Positions 44,627 through 58,064 of a stretch of 64,000 bases of DNA are shown piece by piece. The notes beneath the pieces were generated by a model, which searched no databases, had not been told where the DNA came from, and saw only the letters and a program-made list of their open reading frames with translations. Origin of the DNA: Octopus sinensis (lineage: Eukaryota); assembly GCF_006345805.1 (NCBI RefSeq), contig NC_043007.1, positions 75,640,001 through 75,704,000 on the forward strand, read 5' to 3'. A program made the position numbers and the translations under genes. The stretch's first letter is position 1. Every line of letters begins with the position of its first letter.

Positions 44627-46315
44627 CACTTGCGTCGGAAATTAATTAGCACTTCTCAAATTTCTACATTTTCTCACATTTTCTTAATTTAATTAACTTA
44701 TTATCAGAAACGAACTCGTTTTTAATCAAAAATTTATTAAAACATATCCCAGCACACCACATAATTGTTATTAATCGTGAAATTTAGTCAATATCTTGTT
44801 GCTCCTCCTTTGGCAGCAATGAGAGCTGCTACGCAGGTCGGCATGCTGTCTATGAGCGCCTGCAGGTACTGTGCAGGGATGGGCCCCCATGCAGCAAGAA
44901 GTGCCCCAAACAGCTCGTGTCGGTTCCTGTATTGTTGCACATTCAAATCCCTACCCAATCGACTCCAGAGGTTCTCAATAGGGTTCAGGTCAGGTGACTG
45001 GCCAGGCCAGTCCATGACCGTCACCCCATGGTCCTTGAAGAAACCGGTTGTGAGCTTGGCTGTGTGGGAAGGCGCGTTGTCCTGCTGGAGCAGTACTCCT
45101 CGCCACCAAAGAGGTATCCCGTATTATCTCAACGTACTTCGACGGCATAGAGCCGCCCAACACCACTGTAGCTGAACGCCCCTCACACCATCAGACCACC
45201 CCCACCTTGCTTCATGGTGGGAGCAATGCAGTCTTTGTTGAAGCGCTCACCCCTGCGGCGTCGCACATGGACAGGCTTGTCACTGACGAGACTGAATCGC
45301 GACTCGTAAGTGAACATCACTGTCCGCCACTGCTGCACGGTCCATGTCTTGTGGGCACGGGCCCAGAGCAGCCGCCTCTTCCGGTTTTGGGCTGTAAGGA
45401 GCGGCTTACGGGTGGCCCTACAGGATTTTAGACCAGCTTCCAGTAATCTGGTCTTGACGGTGGTTGTAGACAACTGCTTCCCTGTCATCTTTTGCATCTC
45501 CTCCGCCAGTTGCCGGCTCGTTACCATTCGGTTGTACAGTGACTTTCGGATCAGCATCCGGTCCTCCCGCTGGTTCGTCAGCCTCTTCCGTCCCCTACCC
45601 TTTTTGTCAGCTGCTGATCCGGTTTCCTCGTATTTCTTAAGTAAGCACTGAATTGTGCGCCTGGCTACACCAAGTTTTCTGGCTATTGCAACCTCCGACA
45701 GCTTCCCACGCCACGAGAGAGCCTTGTACCGTCTCTCCAAGGTCATGCGAGGTCTTGGGCCCATCTAGGAATGAACGATAAAAACCAGTTATTTTCATTA
45801 AAACTATTCATTTGAATAATGTTATGCTATAACAAAACTGCTATGAGTTATTATTCATTAAACAAAAAAGAAAGAAAGCAGAATTTCTCATCTTATTTGA
45901 TGTATAACAGAAAGTTTTGTGAACCGGAAGTGACGTCACCAAGCAGAGTGTAGGAGAATTTGTGAGGAAAAAAATCTTGCAAATACACAAATCAATTAAC
46001 CTACAAGCTGTTCAAAACGTCTTACGTGATGAGAAAACTTAGTACGGTGTGATTTCGGTCCTTGCGAGGCGCTACCTATATCTATTAAACAAAGGGAGAT
46101 TTGTCTGCATCCGCACCCCATGTTGTTGTTGCACTGCTATGTCAACATCATTAGGCTGTAGACTCTCAAACCGCTCTGCAAACAAAGTTACGTCATCGTT
46201 CTGTGCAACAGCGAACTCGCAACAAAGCAATAGTTCGAGATATGGCCAATAGGTGACAGCAAATACCTTGAGTGAAGAGCAAATCAAGGGTGCTAATTAA
46301 TTTCTGACGGTAGTG
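44627..46315 (-). mobile_element. Full-length Tc1 (DD34E) transposon, inactivated
   Basis: TA|CACTTGCGTCGGAAATTAATTAGCAC ... GTGCTAATTAATTTCTGACGGTAGTG|TA. Transposase has an HTH, GRGRKR, VMFTYESRF (first catalytic D changed to Y), QQDNAP and WPGQSPDLNPIENLW; frameshifted. Confidence 0.93.
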
Positions 46316-46589
46316 TATGTGACGCGAATGGCTGGAGGCAAAACTCTTGACAAAAAACAATCAGGTGGCACGCCCAAGGTATATAAAGATACACATCTAC
46401 ATTCAATTACCAGTTCATAATTATCGCAGCAGTTGCAAGGTATTTCAATTTGCTTATATTTGGTTACTTTACACTGTATACAAAAATACAGACATACTAC
46501 ATACATACAACTACTTACAAAAATAGGGATTAATGTATATTTTTTTTCTACAATCATAATATTTTGTTTATAATATTGAAAAAAAAAAT

Positions 46590-47107
46590 TTGCCACCAAA
46601 GAAAGAACGTAATCTCACCAGAAACACCTATCAAGCAAGGAGGATTGAAAAAAGCCTGAAGGCGAGAGTCTCAAAAGATAAGGGACATGAGACTTTCTCA
46701 AGATCAGCAAAGCCATGCTGCAGCACGTCAGATGGAATCTCAAGAGAGAAGGGAGTTAAGACTTTCTCAAAATCAACAAAAGTATACTGCAGCACTTAAT
46801 GCTGAATAACTAAAATAAAAATTTAGCATGCCAGATTACACAGAGGTCCAATAGAATAGCTCTCAGAACAGGCCACATACAAATTTGTTCTTCACAACTC
46901 CTGGTGCTGCTTTCAGATATGATCCATCCTATTCTTATAAGAATTATAATTCTATCCAAATTGGTGAGCTAAACTGAAATTGTTGCTTCTGCAAAAGCTT
47001 TAAATTTTACTCCACAAATGTTGTATCGTCAATGCTGCACTTTCCTGTATCACCTGTTTCAAACTACACCATTTTAATACTGAACAACGCCGGGTATCTC
47101 TGCTAGT
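46590..47107 (+). mobile_element. Helitron remnant (Rep N-terminal-like sequence plus 3' terminus)
   Basis: AAFRYDPSYSY...IG..C..C.AL-like remnant; 3' aacaacgccggg...ctgCTAG|t. Confidence 0.65.
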
Positions 47108-47147
47108 ATATATATATATATATATATATACATATCCATACAGTGAT

Positions 47148-47214
<67 letters not shown>

Positions 47215-47234
47215 CATACTCACGCACATATATA

Positions 47235-47900
47235 TATCATCCTCATCATCATCATTTAACTTGTTTTCCATGCTGGCATGGGATGGATAATTTGACAGGA
47301 TCTGACAAGCAGCAGAGTAGAGTTGCATCAGCTTTGCTGTGGTTTCCATCTCAATGCCCTTTCTAATGCCAACCACTCTGGTGAGTACCGGGTGACATTT
47401 TTCATGCACTGATGAGGCAGCTCTGTAAATTGCAGCAAATTAAAGAAAGGAAAAGGAAATGGAAAGTATGAGAGGAGTTGGCTTTGTCAGATGTTGAAGG
47501 CTAAAGTATGAAAGAGGGACAAGCACATGAATCTTGCTATAGATGAGATACACAATTACCATACATTATGTGATGGTGGGTGAGAGTAGCTGAAAGGGAG
47601 ATAAAGGTCATGGTGACAGGGTATGAGAGCATGCACACAAAGTACAAAGTGTATAGGAGGGAGAATAAAAACTGTGCATCAGGAAGGGAGGAAAGGGTAG
47701 AGTAACTTCGTAACAAGCGTGGGGGAGGAGAGAGACAGATGGTCAAATGCGGATGTAATGAGTGAAGAAAAAAGGTGGAGGTGTGGTGGAAGGTAAACAG
47801 CAGGATGGAGGAGGAGGTGGCACAGGAGTGGAGAGCTGCAGCATCACACATCAGTGGATCAGAAAGTAGGAAGACAATGTGCTTGATGAACAGTTTGCTC
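47235..47900 (-). mobile_element. RTE 3'UTR fragment
   Basis: (CAT)n tail, then tttccatgctggcatggg...gcccttcc. Confidence 0.65.
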
Positions 47901-48043
47901 TAACTCGGTCACATTAATAAAATATCTGTAGTGGTTGATAAAAAGAAAGTTGTTGCTATTTCTAGCAGTCTCATGGACCATATAAAGGTTGCTTTGTGTT
48001 GCATTCTAGAATGTAAGAGCATGCATTTTCTGTGAGAAAATCT

Positions 48044-48345
48044 TTATATATAAAATCGAAGTTGTGTGTGTGAGACTCTGTCTCCTCCGATTTAGATTCC
48101 TAACTACTCCCACATTTTGCGGTGCAGTTTAACCAAAAGCGGGTATCTTATAGTCGTCATTCACATCGAGCCCTTCTGGGTATTAGTGCGCATCTATGAT
48201 GAGTCTACGATTTAAAAAAAAATTTATCATTTTTCCGCATTTTTAATGATTTTTGCTCGGGTTATATAAGGGAAGTAACTCTCTAAAAATGCTTATATAG
48301 TTACTTCCCTTACAAACACGAGCAACGCCGGGCGATACAGCTAGT
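48044..48345 (+). mobile_element. Non-autonomous Helitron (internally deleted sister of 31852-32367)
   Basis: 5' TCtttatatataaaatc; shared gatttagattcctaactactccc; 3' cacgagcaacgccggg plus CTAG|t. Confidence 0.82.
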
Positions 48346-48989
48346 AGTTCATAAAATGCCTTTCTTTGAAAAATGCCAAATAATGGTTGAAATTATACCA
48401 AACAAACTGCAATGTATGTATGTGTGTATATAACATTTAACCAAGACAAGATGAATACGTGAATAATTTGTTATTGAACATATATCAAAGATATAGAAAT
48501 ATAATTTAGTATTCTGATTTAAATAGTTAATTGAGATGTACTCGCATAGCAAGTAATTTGATCTGAGATCGTGTGCTGAAACAGATGCAGCACGGATTTT
48601 TGTCAGTGAACAGGTCGCAGATTTTAGCGCCGAAAATATTTTGACAAAATAAACTTAAATGTTGAAGTGAATCGAACGGCTTTTGTGTGTTTCTTAAATG
48701 GCTTATAAACACCTTCCACGCTGCAATAGTTAATTGATATTTCAAGAAAAGCATATTCAATGATGCTAAATAAATAAACAATGACATTTAAATGATTTTA
48801 TGAATGTATTTATTTGGTAACAAAAATACAATTAAAAGGACAACTAGAGAGACAAAAATATTTGTAGTGATATTGCTAATAGAATCAGGCAGTAGCAAAT
48901 TCTTTGCAGGAAATTACAAATAAAATAAGAAAGGAAAAAGCATCAAGGTAATATAAAAAGTTTTGTACAAACTACAAAGCATAATAGAA

Positions 48990-49210
48990 TAAAAAGGTAA
49001 AGACCCCTTTCAGTCATGGAATGGCCATGGGATTGCACCTAGAAAGTTCCCCTCCAAGGCACAAGTCCAGGAAAGGTTGTTTATGGTAGACCCATGTATA
49101 CCGGCCTCCCCTCTCCACGTCGCTGATGTTATCAAGGGAAAGGCAAAGGCCGATACAGATTGGTACCAGTGACATCGCAACTCCTTTCTACAACTGAGTG
49201 AAATGGAGCA
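48990..49210 (-). mobile_element. Additional SINE-like repeat fragment
   Basis: aaaggtaaagacccc...tttctacaactgagtgaaatggagcaacaggaaataaagtg resembles a SINE core; recognised from memory only. Confidence 0.5.
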
Positions 49211-49747
49211 ACAGGAAATAAAGTGTTTTTAAAAGAAAACAATAACAAAAATAAGCATCAATAAAAAAAACAACTTCAAATGAATCAGTGAGTATGGACT
49301 AGAAATATCTCACAGAAATGAGAACAATAAACATTTTTTTCAATGACACTAGTAAAGTAAGTACATTTAAACATTACTAAAAGTTAGGGACAGTTAGTAC
49401 AAACAAAGATGTAGTGTAATTATGTATGGTAAATAAAATTTGATATTAAAAACCTTGACAATTACTTTAACAGTAAAATAGCACAGATGGTTATCGTAAT
49501 AGGGTCAGCTTCAGTGACAATAGTATGATGCTAAGGCTTTTTTGAATGTAGATGTTTGTGTGTGTGTGTATACATACATATATGGAGAGAGAAAGAGAGA
49601 GAGAGTAGACAACAGGGATGTTGATTAAGAGATTCTGGTCAGTTTTACTGAATAGTGAGAATATACAAATTTAAAAAAAAAAAAAAGAATTTTTAAACTG
49701 TTTCATGCTTTTCAAACATTTCTCAATTTCACAAAAAATGAAAAAAT

Positions 49748-49888
49748 TTATTTCATTTCATTGAATTCTTGAGGCATATATGGGTCAGCAACATTTGGAG
49801 AATAATGAATAATTGGTAAGTAGTGTGTATTAATTGACGGATTCGCGATTTCAGTAGCCTGGTTCTGATGGATAACAACTACATTACT
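49748..49888 (-). CDS. Copy B coding exon 5 (cytoplasmic tail)
   Basis: ctacAG|agt...aaaTAA; SNVVVIHQNQATEIANPSINTHYLPIIHYSPNVADPYMPQEFNEMK*; aligns loosely with the copy A tail; inside ORF 49748..49945. Confidence 0.8.
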   Translation of the reverse strand, partial: SNVVVIHQNQATEIANPSINTHYLPIIHYSPNVADPYMPQEFNEMK

Positions 49889-50204
49889 CTGTAGAAGCAA
49901 AGAAAAAAAAATTATTAAAGAAATACTGAATTTCTTTAGAAACAAAAAAATGTTGGATCATATAAAGGCAGCAGAAATAAACAACTCTAAAATCATTCTA
50001 AAAAAAATTAAAGAATACCTTGATTTGCATCTATTTTTCAATGGCAATTCATACATAGTAAATCTTGTGTGTAGTTAGATGTACTATTGCGATTGTTGAA
50101 TTAAAAGCTGCATATAGAGTATCATCTTCCAGTGAAGTGGAGCAAATAATATAAACTTGTGTTTACCATAATTTCTCCTGTCTCTATATATACATATATA
50201 TACT

Positions 50205-50465
50205 TTATAATTAGGGTTCTGCAAAGATATACTTTACCACATACCAAAGTTTAGAAATAGCAGCCAAAAAACCTTAGCTATTTCTTCTACTTTAAAAAGG
50301 AACTCCCAGAAAAACTATTTCTAAACTTCGGTATGTGGTAAAGCATATCTTTGCTGAACCCTAATTATAAAGTATTACTTAAGTTTACCGTGAAATGGTC
50401 CTTTTTCATGCCGAATTCTACTTGGTGAAATTATTGATTACTTCTTAATTAATTAATTTTACCCT
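50205..50465. mobile_element. Foldback element, same family as 17118-17375, in intron 4 of copy B
   Basis: Internal palindrome ataattagggttc...gaaccctaattat; terminus aattaattaattttaccc. Confidence 0.75.
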
Positions 50466-50900
50466 TTGTTGGATAAGAACAGCAATGCAAAAAATGGAGG
50501 TCAAATGGTAAGCCTGCATGATGTCCAACATCATGTTCTCCATCTTCATGTATTTTTTCCTTTCACCATAATCCTACTATCTCCTGATATGTAACCTTAA
50601 GCACTACCTTTACAGCTTATTTCTCTAGCATATCATATACTCCCCATTTCCCATCTAGTTTTGGATTTTTTATTTTCCCTTTTCACCTATCTCTTTATGG
50701 TTCTGAAAACAGAATTAAACCCGAATCTTGTATCCTACAGAGTTGGATGTCACACATGGAATCTCAACATCATGTAACCTGTTCTATGGCAGGGACATAG
50801 ATCAGAAGTCACAAAATATTTCCAAATCTAGGATGTAAATGGAATGAACTTTGCCTCTTATTACACAATTATATTTATCAAATGAGTAAACTATAGTTAC

Positions 50901-51023
50901 CTTTGCTTGTGAGCAGCAGCAGCAAATGGATGAAGAGACAATAGCCAAAACAAATTCCGCAAACATAGCAAAGGATCCAACACAAAATAAAGGATAATAA
51001 CTTTTATAACGAGAAAATATTGC
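50901..51023 (-). CDS. Copy B coding exon 4 (loop 2, TM4, CCCC)
   Basis: ttttacAG|gca...aag|GTAAC; AIFSRYKSYYPLFCVGSFAMFAEFVLAIVSSSICCCCSQAK. Confidence 0.88.
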
Positions 51024-52333
51024 CTGTAAAACAAAAAATTCTTAATGAGAAAAAGTGAAAGAAATATGTGATAATCTTACAGTACAGGGTTATCTTTTCA
51101 GATTTTTCAAGCAATGACTTTGCATTTTTGATAATCTTTATTGGTATTAAAAGTTATAAATGCAGTCACTTAATCTTTTACAAGTTTCAGTCACTGGTCT
51201 GCAGCCATGTCCAGAATAATCCCACAACACCACCATCAACTGTTGCACATTGCTGTCTACTGCTCATAGGACCAGCTATCTAGTTTCCAAAGCATATAAG
51301 GGACTGAGATCAAAACATTTCCCCTGAATGGGATGCGATTTCATCACAGGAGGAACATAAAATGAAGTGTTTTGCTCAAAAACACAATGTGCTACCTGAT
51401 TCAAGAATTGAGGGCACAATCACTAGGTCAACTAACTTTATATTAAATAGAGTTGATTTTTAAAAAGATTCTTTTACTAGTTTCAGTCAATGGCCTGCAG
51501 CCATGCTCAACTCATTTTAAAGTTTAGAGCCATAATCTAAAGATCTTCCTAATCACTGTTTGGTCCACTAGTGCAAATCAGTCACTGATGTTGACTGTTT
51601 TTTTAGTTAACTAAAAGAAACAGGTTTTGAATCTGCCCAGGGTTATCTCTCTCTGGTATTTTCCATTGAGGAAGGCTAAAGAGCCAGAAATGTGTGTCTG
51701 GGAATCTGATACGGAGAAGCACTGGGCAGATATGGTGCTTTCACACCTCTTGGAGAGAATTCTTTTCTCCAGGGTAACTACAATGAATTTGCCTTTAGAA
51801 GTCATATATCACAAACATATTTTAACAAACCTAAAGTTCACACACACACACATATGATAGACTTCTTTAAGTTTCCATCAATAAAATCCACTCACAAGCC
51901 TGCAGTCAGCCCGAGGCTATAGAAGAATACACTTGCCCAACATGCAATGCAGTGGTTGAGAAGGAAACTTCTTAACACACAGCCATGCCATTATTTGGCT
52001 CTTTTTACAGTTTATTTATCTGAAAGAATATTAAAAGGGTTGTTTTCTTTTTTATAAAGTCTGTTACAAGATATTTTCCTAATATAGCTGAAAAAGGCTC
52101 CATAGTTACAAAGTTTAAAATGTTTTGATAAAAGGTATGATAGTGAAATAACATTAGAAAACCTGTTCATCCAAAAACCAAGAACAATAATTAAGTTACA
52201 ATGTCTTTTATTCTAGACAGCTAAGAAGTATAATTGCTTTTGTTCTGATTTTTCCCCATCATATAAAGTACCTTACTTCATTAGGCATCAGTAATCTCTG
52301 CACAAAAAACAAACGCACATATAATATACTTAC

Positions 52334-52423
52334 AATCCAAGTTGCATGGCCAGAAAGGGTACTCATTCCAACAATTGAAAAGATAGATGCTGACAAAATG
52401 GCAAGGACCATGTAGGTAATTTT
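52334..52423 (-). CDS. Copy B coding exon 3 (TM3)
   Basis: tttcAG|aaa...att|GTAAGT; KITYMVLAILSASIFSIVGMSTLSGHATWI; 17/30 identical to copy A. Confidence 0.88.
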
Positions 52424-52951
52424 CTGAAAAAAAAAAAAAATTTTAAAGCATTTTATTTAGGTTTTACAGTTATGTATGTGTGGTGGTATATAGACACATA
52501 CATACACACATGGGGGTAAGGATATGTGCATGTGTGAGTTTGAGTCAAAAAGAGAAAAACAGATCTGTTTAGCACTAGAGATGCAGATTTATTCATTGAT
52601 AAATAGACCGATTATAAAAATAAAAGTTATTTATAATACCAATCCATGACTGATCCTTTTTTTTAACTGAGCCCCAGGACGTAACTAAATACAGGAAGGT
52701 AGCACATAGTCACTCTAATGGATTCTATCAAATTATTATCTTTTCTGAGTATATTAAAGAAAATACTGTTTATCATAGAAGGAATGGTGTTAGGCAAATG
52801 ACATTTTTCTTTTAGGTTCATATCTCAGGAAATCTATTATCTTTTGTCAGAGAGAGAGGAGAATCTAATATTTTATGTGATCTGTGGCAGAAAGTCACAA
52901 ATGATACCATTCTTTGCTAACTTTGTCTTTCACTCCTCAGAGATCATAAGT

Positions 52952-53900
52952 ACGAGGGGTATCAAAAGGTTCCTTGGCTAGTTATGTTTAATAAAAAATA
53001 TCTTATTTACTCTCTTTTACTTGTTTCAGTCATTTGGCTGTGGCCATGCTGGAGCACTGCCTTTAGTTGAGCAAATTGACCCCAGGACTTATTTTTTGTA
53101 AGCCTAGTACTTATTCTATTGGTGTCTTTTGCCGAACAGCTAAGTTACGGGGATGTGAACACACCAGCATTGATTGTCAAGTGATGTTGAGGGGACAAAC
53201 ACAAGCATACACACACCAACACTTACATATATATATATATGCATATATACGACGGGCCTCCTTCAGCTTCTGTCTATCAAATCCACTCACAAGGCCTTGG
53301 TTGGCCTGAGGCTATAGTAGAAGACACTTGCCCAAGGTGCCATGCAGTGGGACTGAGCCTGGAACCATGTGGTTCGTAAGCAAGCTACTTACCACTCAGC
53401 CACTCATACATTTTAACATCATCTCTTTTGAAATAGCCACCTTGTACAGCAATATACTGGTCCCAGCATTTCTGCCACTTTTGGGAATCTGACCTGGAAG
53501 TCATTTTTTGTGTGTGGGTTGAGGCCCTTCTGTAATCTGCACTGGATCTCGACAATGGTGTTAAAACAGCAACCTTTGAGCAGCGTTTTCATCTTGGGGG
53601 AAGAGATGGAAGTTTGCAGGTGCTAAATCTGGTGAAAAGAGCGTGTGGAAGCAATACCATGTTTTTGGCAATAAACTCAAAAGTGAGAAGAGTTTGATGA
53701 CAGGGCACATTGTTGTCATGAAGAATCCAATTCTTTGCGCTCCACAGGTCTGGTTGCTTTTGTCAAATGTCCTCCCTCAAACGCTTAAAAATATCACAGT
53801 AGAACTCTCAATTGACAGTCTGGCCCTGGAGGACAAATTCTTGATGCACATTACCATATTTCCATGGGTGATGCTCATGGCAGGTCTTCCAGGGACACAC
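52952..53900 (-). mobile_element. Degenerate mariner fragment interrupted by a SINE-1 copy (53010-53405, minus)
   Basis: Terminus TA|CGAGGGGTATCAAAAGGTTCC; degraded C-terminal transposase remnants at 53420-53830. Confidence 0.6.
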
Positions 53901-53922
53901 TTTTACTTTTGAAGCACCTGTG

Positions 53923-54325
53923 GCGCAGGAGTGGCTGTGTGGTAAGTAGCTTGTTTACCAACCACATGGTTCTGGGTTCAGTCCCACTGCATGGCACCTT
54001 GGGCAAGTGTCTTCTACTATAGCCTTGGGCCAACCAAAGCCTTGTGAGTGAATTTGGTAGATGGAAACTGAAAGAAGCCCGTCGTATATATGTATATATA
54101 TATGTGCTTGTGTGTGTTTGTGTCTGTGTTTGTCCCCCTAGCATTGCTTGACAACCGATGCTGGTGTGTTTATGTCCCCGTAACTTAGCGGTTCGGCAAA
54201 AGAGACCGATAGAATAAGTACTGGGCTTACAAAAGAATAAGTCCCGGGGTCGAGTTGCTCGATTAAAGGCGGTGCTCCAGCATGGCCTCAGTCAAATGAC
54301 TGAAACAAGTAAAAGAGTAAAGAGT
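53923..54325 (+). mobile_element. SINE family 1, full length
   Basis: ggcgcaggagtggctgtgtggtaag...gtaaaagagtaaagag. Confidence 0.92.
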
Positions 54326-55274
54326 GCCACACGTAACATTGCGTACAACTACCTCAATAGTGTTTGTAATGAGCACTCAGAGTTTGTTATGACACAGCTC
54401 TGTTATGCTTGGAACGACAATTTAAAAGTGGTATAATGACACAACTATAGCAAAAATATACAGCTTGGTGGTGGTTTGATTAAAACAGGCTGTTTTAATG
54501 ATAATGAGCAGCGGTAGCTGTTGCTTTACATTCACAGCTCAGAAGTGGTTGTAATGACAGCATAATTGTGATGGGTAGCAGCTGATGTGAAGGAGCATGG
54601 CTAAGTGGTTAGCGTACTCAACACATGACTAAGATCATGACTTTGATTCTTGGTAGCACAAAAACATTACCAAGAAGAGCAGCAACATTGTCCTATAATC
54701 CACACATGCATGCCTGATCTGTGAACTGGTTTGCAAATCTTTTGTAGGACCAAAATATCACATCCAAGCTGAATAAATTGAATGGGATGTTGACACTGAA
54801 AGCTATGGGAGAATATATATGTATATATACTCACACATGTGCATGTGTTTCTGTGAATTCGTATTTCCCTCACATTAGTAAACAATAACATCCTGATGGT
54901 GCTGTTTGCTTGCAGACCACCAGGAGAACATATTGGGGTTTTTGACATGTCTTGATATATTGAGCAAGCTGTGCTGTTTATTACTTGACAGACTGAAAAA
55001 TAATTCCTTTGCTCGGAAGCAAGTGGAGTTGGTGACAGGAAGGGCATCCAGCTGTAAAATACTCTAGCCAAATGCACTCCAACATTTGTAAGTAATACAC
55101 TAGTATTTGTTAATTCTGCCAAGAGCATGGTCTACCACTGGAAAACTGGATAAATATAGCATTTTCTATAGTGTTACTATTTCTGATAAGTAATAACTAG
55201 ATGCTTTTTAATTGTAAACATTAAACAGACTGAAAATTTGAACAGAAAAGATTAATAGTCAGAGAAATTTTTAC

Positions 55275-55346
55275 CATTCTCCTGGTTTGTAATTCTGTAT
55301 TTGACTTGAGACCAGCAAGAATTCCAAAGATGCCAACTGCGATAAC
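55275..55346 (-). CDS. Copy B coding exon 2
   Basis: gtttAG|gtt...atg|GTAA; VIAVGIFGILAGLKSNTELQTRRM. Confidence 0.88.
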
Positions 55347-55446
55347 CTAAACAAAACAAAAAATGTACAATTAAATGTAAAATTTTAAGATAAGATAGTC
55401 AGATAATTAATTAATTAATTAATGTATGTATGTATATGTGTGTATT

Positions 55447-55478
<32 letters not shown>

Positions 55479-56319
55479 CTAGTGAGTTAGCTGAGTGAGA
55501 AGTGCAGCTGGTGCTTTCTTCCTAGTAAGGCAACTGCAGAAGTATTTAGCCAAATGTAATCTGCTGCACTTGGCATTTATTGACATAGAGAAAGCAAATA
55601 AGTCTCTTGCTTTCTGATGTGATGGTTGCTGAAGAAGCGAGGGTGTTGTCCACACAGTGAAAGCTAATAAGTACAGCAACAAATTTAGTGTGCAGCTAGG
55701 AGCTCACCAGGGTTTGATTCTCAGTCTCCTCCTATTTATCTTTTAGGCTATAACAGAGGAGTTTAAGGCTGGTTGTCCACGGAACTCCTCTCTGCTGCTA
55801 ATCTTGTTATTTAAACTGAATCTGTAGTAGAATTAGAAAAGAAATTCCAGGTGTAGAAGCAAAACCTGGATTTAAAGGGCTTCAACATCAATTTAGCAGA
55901 AACCAAAATTCTAGTAAGCAGACAGACAGGATGCTAATTCCTCCAGTAAAATGGTCATTTAATTGTGTACATATCATAAACTATGCACACATAATAGTAG
56001 ACTTTGTGTCAGTTGCACAGAAACAATAAACACTATTGCCGATAAAATTTGTAAAAAAATCCTTTAAATCAAGCAGTGAACAAACACGTTATCCTCCTAT
56101 AACTGACTTGATTCTTTTTCTAAACCCACATAACTTAATTACTGAGAAATTGGAAGTGTGTTTCAATCATTGTTAGGGTGTATAAATCTGTCCCTGAGAG
56201 GGATGATGTAGTAATTAGGATGTTCACAAGCAAACATTCAAGCAGATATTACACAAGGAAATAAGCAAACAAAGCCAGTTTAAAGAGGAAAAAATCAAAG
56301 ATCTGGGAAAGAAGCTGAT

Positions 56320-56850
56320 GAAGAAGGGAATTATCCCAGAGCCAATGGTGCAACCAGCCCACCTTTGCGTACCTTCCCTTCATTGGACAGACACTGCTTG
56401 CGAAGACCTGTTGAGGCAAGTGAAATCGGAATCGAAATCAAATTCGCTGACTAGCATCTGTGCTAATGGAGCACTAAAAGCACCATCTGAGCGTGATTGT
56501 TGCCAGAGGAGCCAACTGGCGTTCGTGCCGGTGGCATGTAAAAATCCCCATTTGAGCGTGATCGTTACCAGCGTTGCCTTAGCGGCACTTGTGCAGGTGA
56601 CACGTAAAAAAAAAACACAATTTCCCGTGACCGTTGCCCTACCGCCTGACTGGCCCTCATGCTAGTGGCACGTATAAGCACCCACTACACTCTAAAAGTG
56701 GTTGGCATTAGGAAGGGCATCCAACTGTAGACACTCTGCCAAATCAAGATTGGAGACTGGTGCAGCCATCTGGTTCGCTAGTCCTCAGTCAAATCGTCCA
56801 ACCCATGCTAGCATGGAAAGTGGACGTTAAACAACGATGATGATGAATTT
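56320..56850 (+). mobile_element. RTE 3'UTR ending in (GAT)n
   Basis: Similar to 5210-5665. Confidence 0.8.
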
Positions 56851-57545
56851 TATATTCCTCAGTACTCTACTCCACTCAGTTAAGGGAGCCTTGCTTTGGG
56901 GGTACTTGATGCCATGAAAAAAGCACCCTGTACACTCTGTGAAGTAGTTGACATTAGGAAGAGCATCCAACCATAGAAATCATGCCAAAGAAGACATTGG
57001 GGCTCAACAAAGTCCCCTCATTCACCAGTTTATGTTGAACCATCAAACCCTAAAAAGGGATGTTAAAATGACAATGATGATTATAATTGTGTATAATGAT
57101 AGAATATGAGATACTGAGAAAAAATATTAAATAAAACATACACAGTTGAGAACATTATCATCTATGGGCATTTATTTACTCTTTGTTGTAGTAAAGCAAT
57201 ACATTTTAAAGTGCTTCATATCTGCTATAAAATACCTTATTTGCAGTTTAAGGTTGAGAGAATTTCCAAACACTATTCTATGCAAAGTTCCAATATTCAT
57301 TGCTATAAGCAAACATTTCACAAAACAATAGTTAAGCATGAGATAACAAAAACAGAAGCATCATTTTCTATGTTGGCAGGAGTTGGACGATTTGATAAGA
57401 GCTGCCCCAGGTTCTATTGTCTATTTTGGCATGGTGTCTATAGTTGGATGCCTTTCCCAGTGCCAATCACTTTGCAAAGTGTACTGGGGTGCTTTTTATG
57501 TGGCCCTGGCACTAGTGCTGTTTATGAGTATTAACTGAAAAATTG

Positions 57546-57956
57546 GATCTTTTCGGTTTGAACGGCAGTTTTTAACATAATTTCTAGGTAACTAAAAAAT
57601 TTTAAACTTTGTATACTGGTAGAATGTGTTTATAAAACATATTTTTCTCTTGGCTTTATTGAGAAAATTCTATAGTTTGTAAGATATTTGTTGTTTTTTT
57701 TCTCTTCAATTTCTGCAATTTCAACCAATCACTGACGTCCATTGAGGTAAAAAACATTCTGTGCCGTATGAATATGTCCCTCGTTTAAGAAACAGATTGG
57801 GTTTATTTACATTTGTGAAGAAAAAAAAGATACCCTTCCCCACCCCTAACCCTAAAACAGATTGAAATGCAATAGATCGATACTAGGGTCATAATTATGG
57901 GTGACAATTTCATATGACACTGCTAGAAAAAACTGCCGTTCAAACCGAAAAGATTT
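57546..57956. mobile_element. GGATCTTT-related MITE with 8-bp target-site duplication GAAAAATT
   Basis: gaaaaatt|GGATCTTTTCGGTTTGAACGGCAG ... CTGCCGTTCAAACCGAAAAGATTT|gaaaaatt; empty site in copy A at ~18217 (ttgaaaaacttaagtg). Confidence 0.85.
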
Positions 57957-58064
57957 GAAAAATTTAGGTGTATTTCCATATATTTTTGATAGTTGTCATA
58001 AAAACCGATATTAGTTATGTAACCATCCTTATTAGGATAGAGAAATGTAAAAATCAGTACTTAC

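Noticed and set aside
45207-45651. Plus-strand ORFs overlapping the Tc1 element
   Set aside because: Antisense shadows of the transposase.
51611-51857. Possible extra exon in copy B intron 3 (ORFs 51611..51805 and 51627..51857)
   Set aside because: There is no counterpart in copy A and no clear flanking splice pair, and exons 3 and 4 already join in frame.
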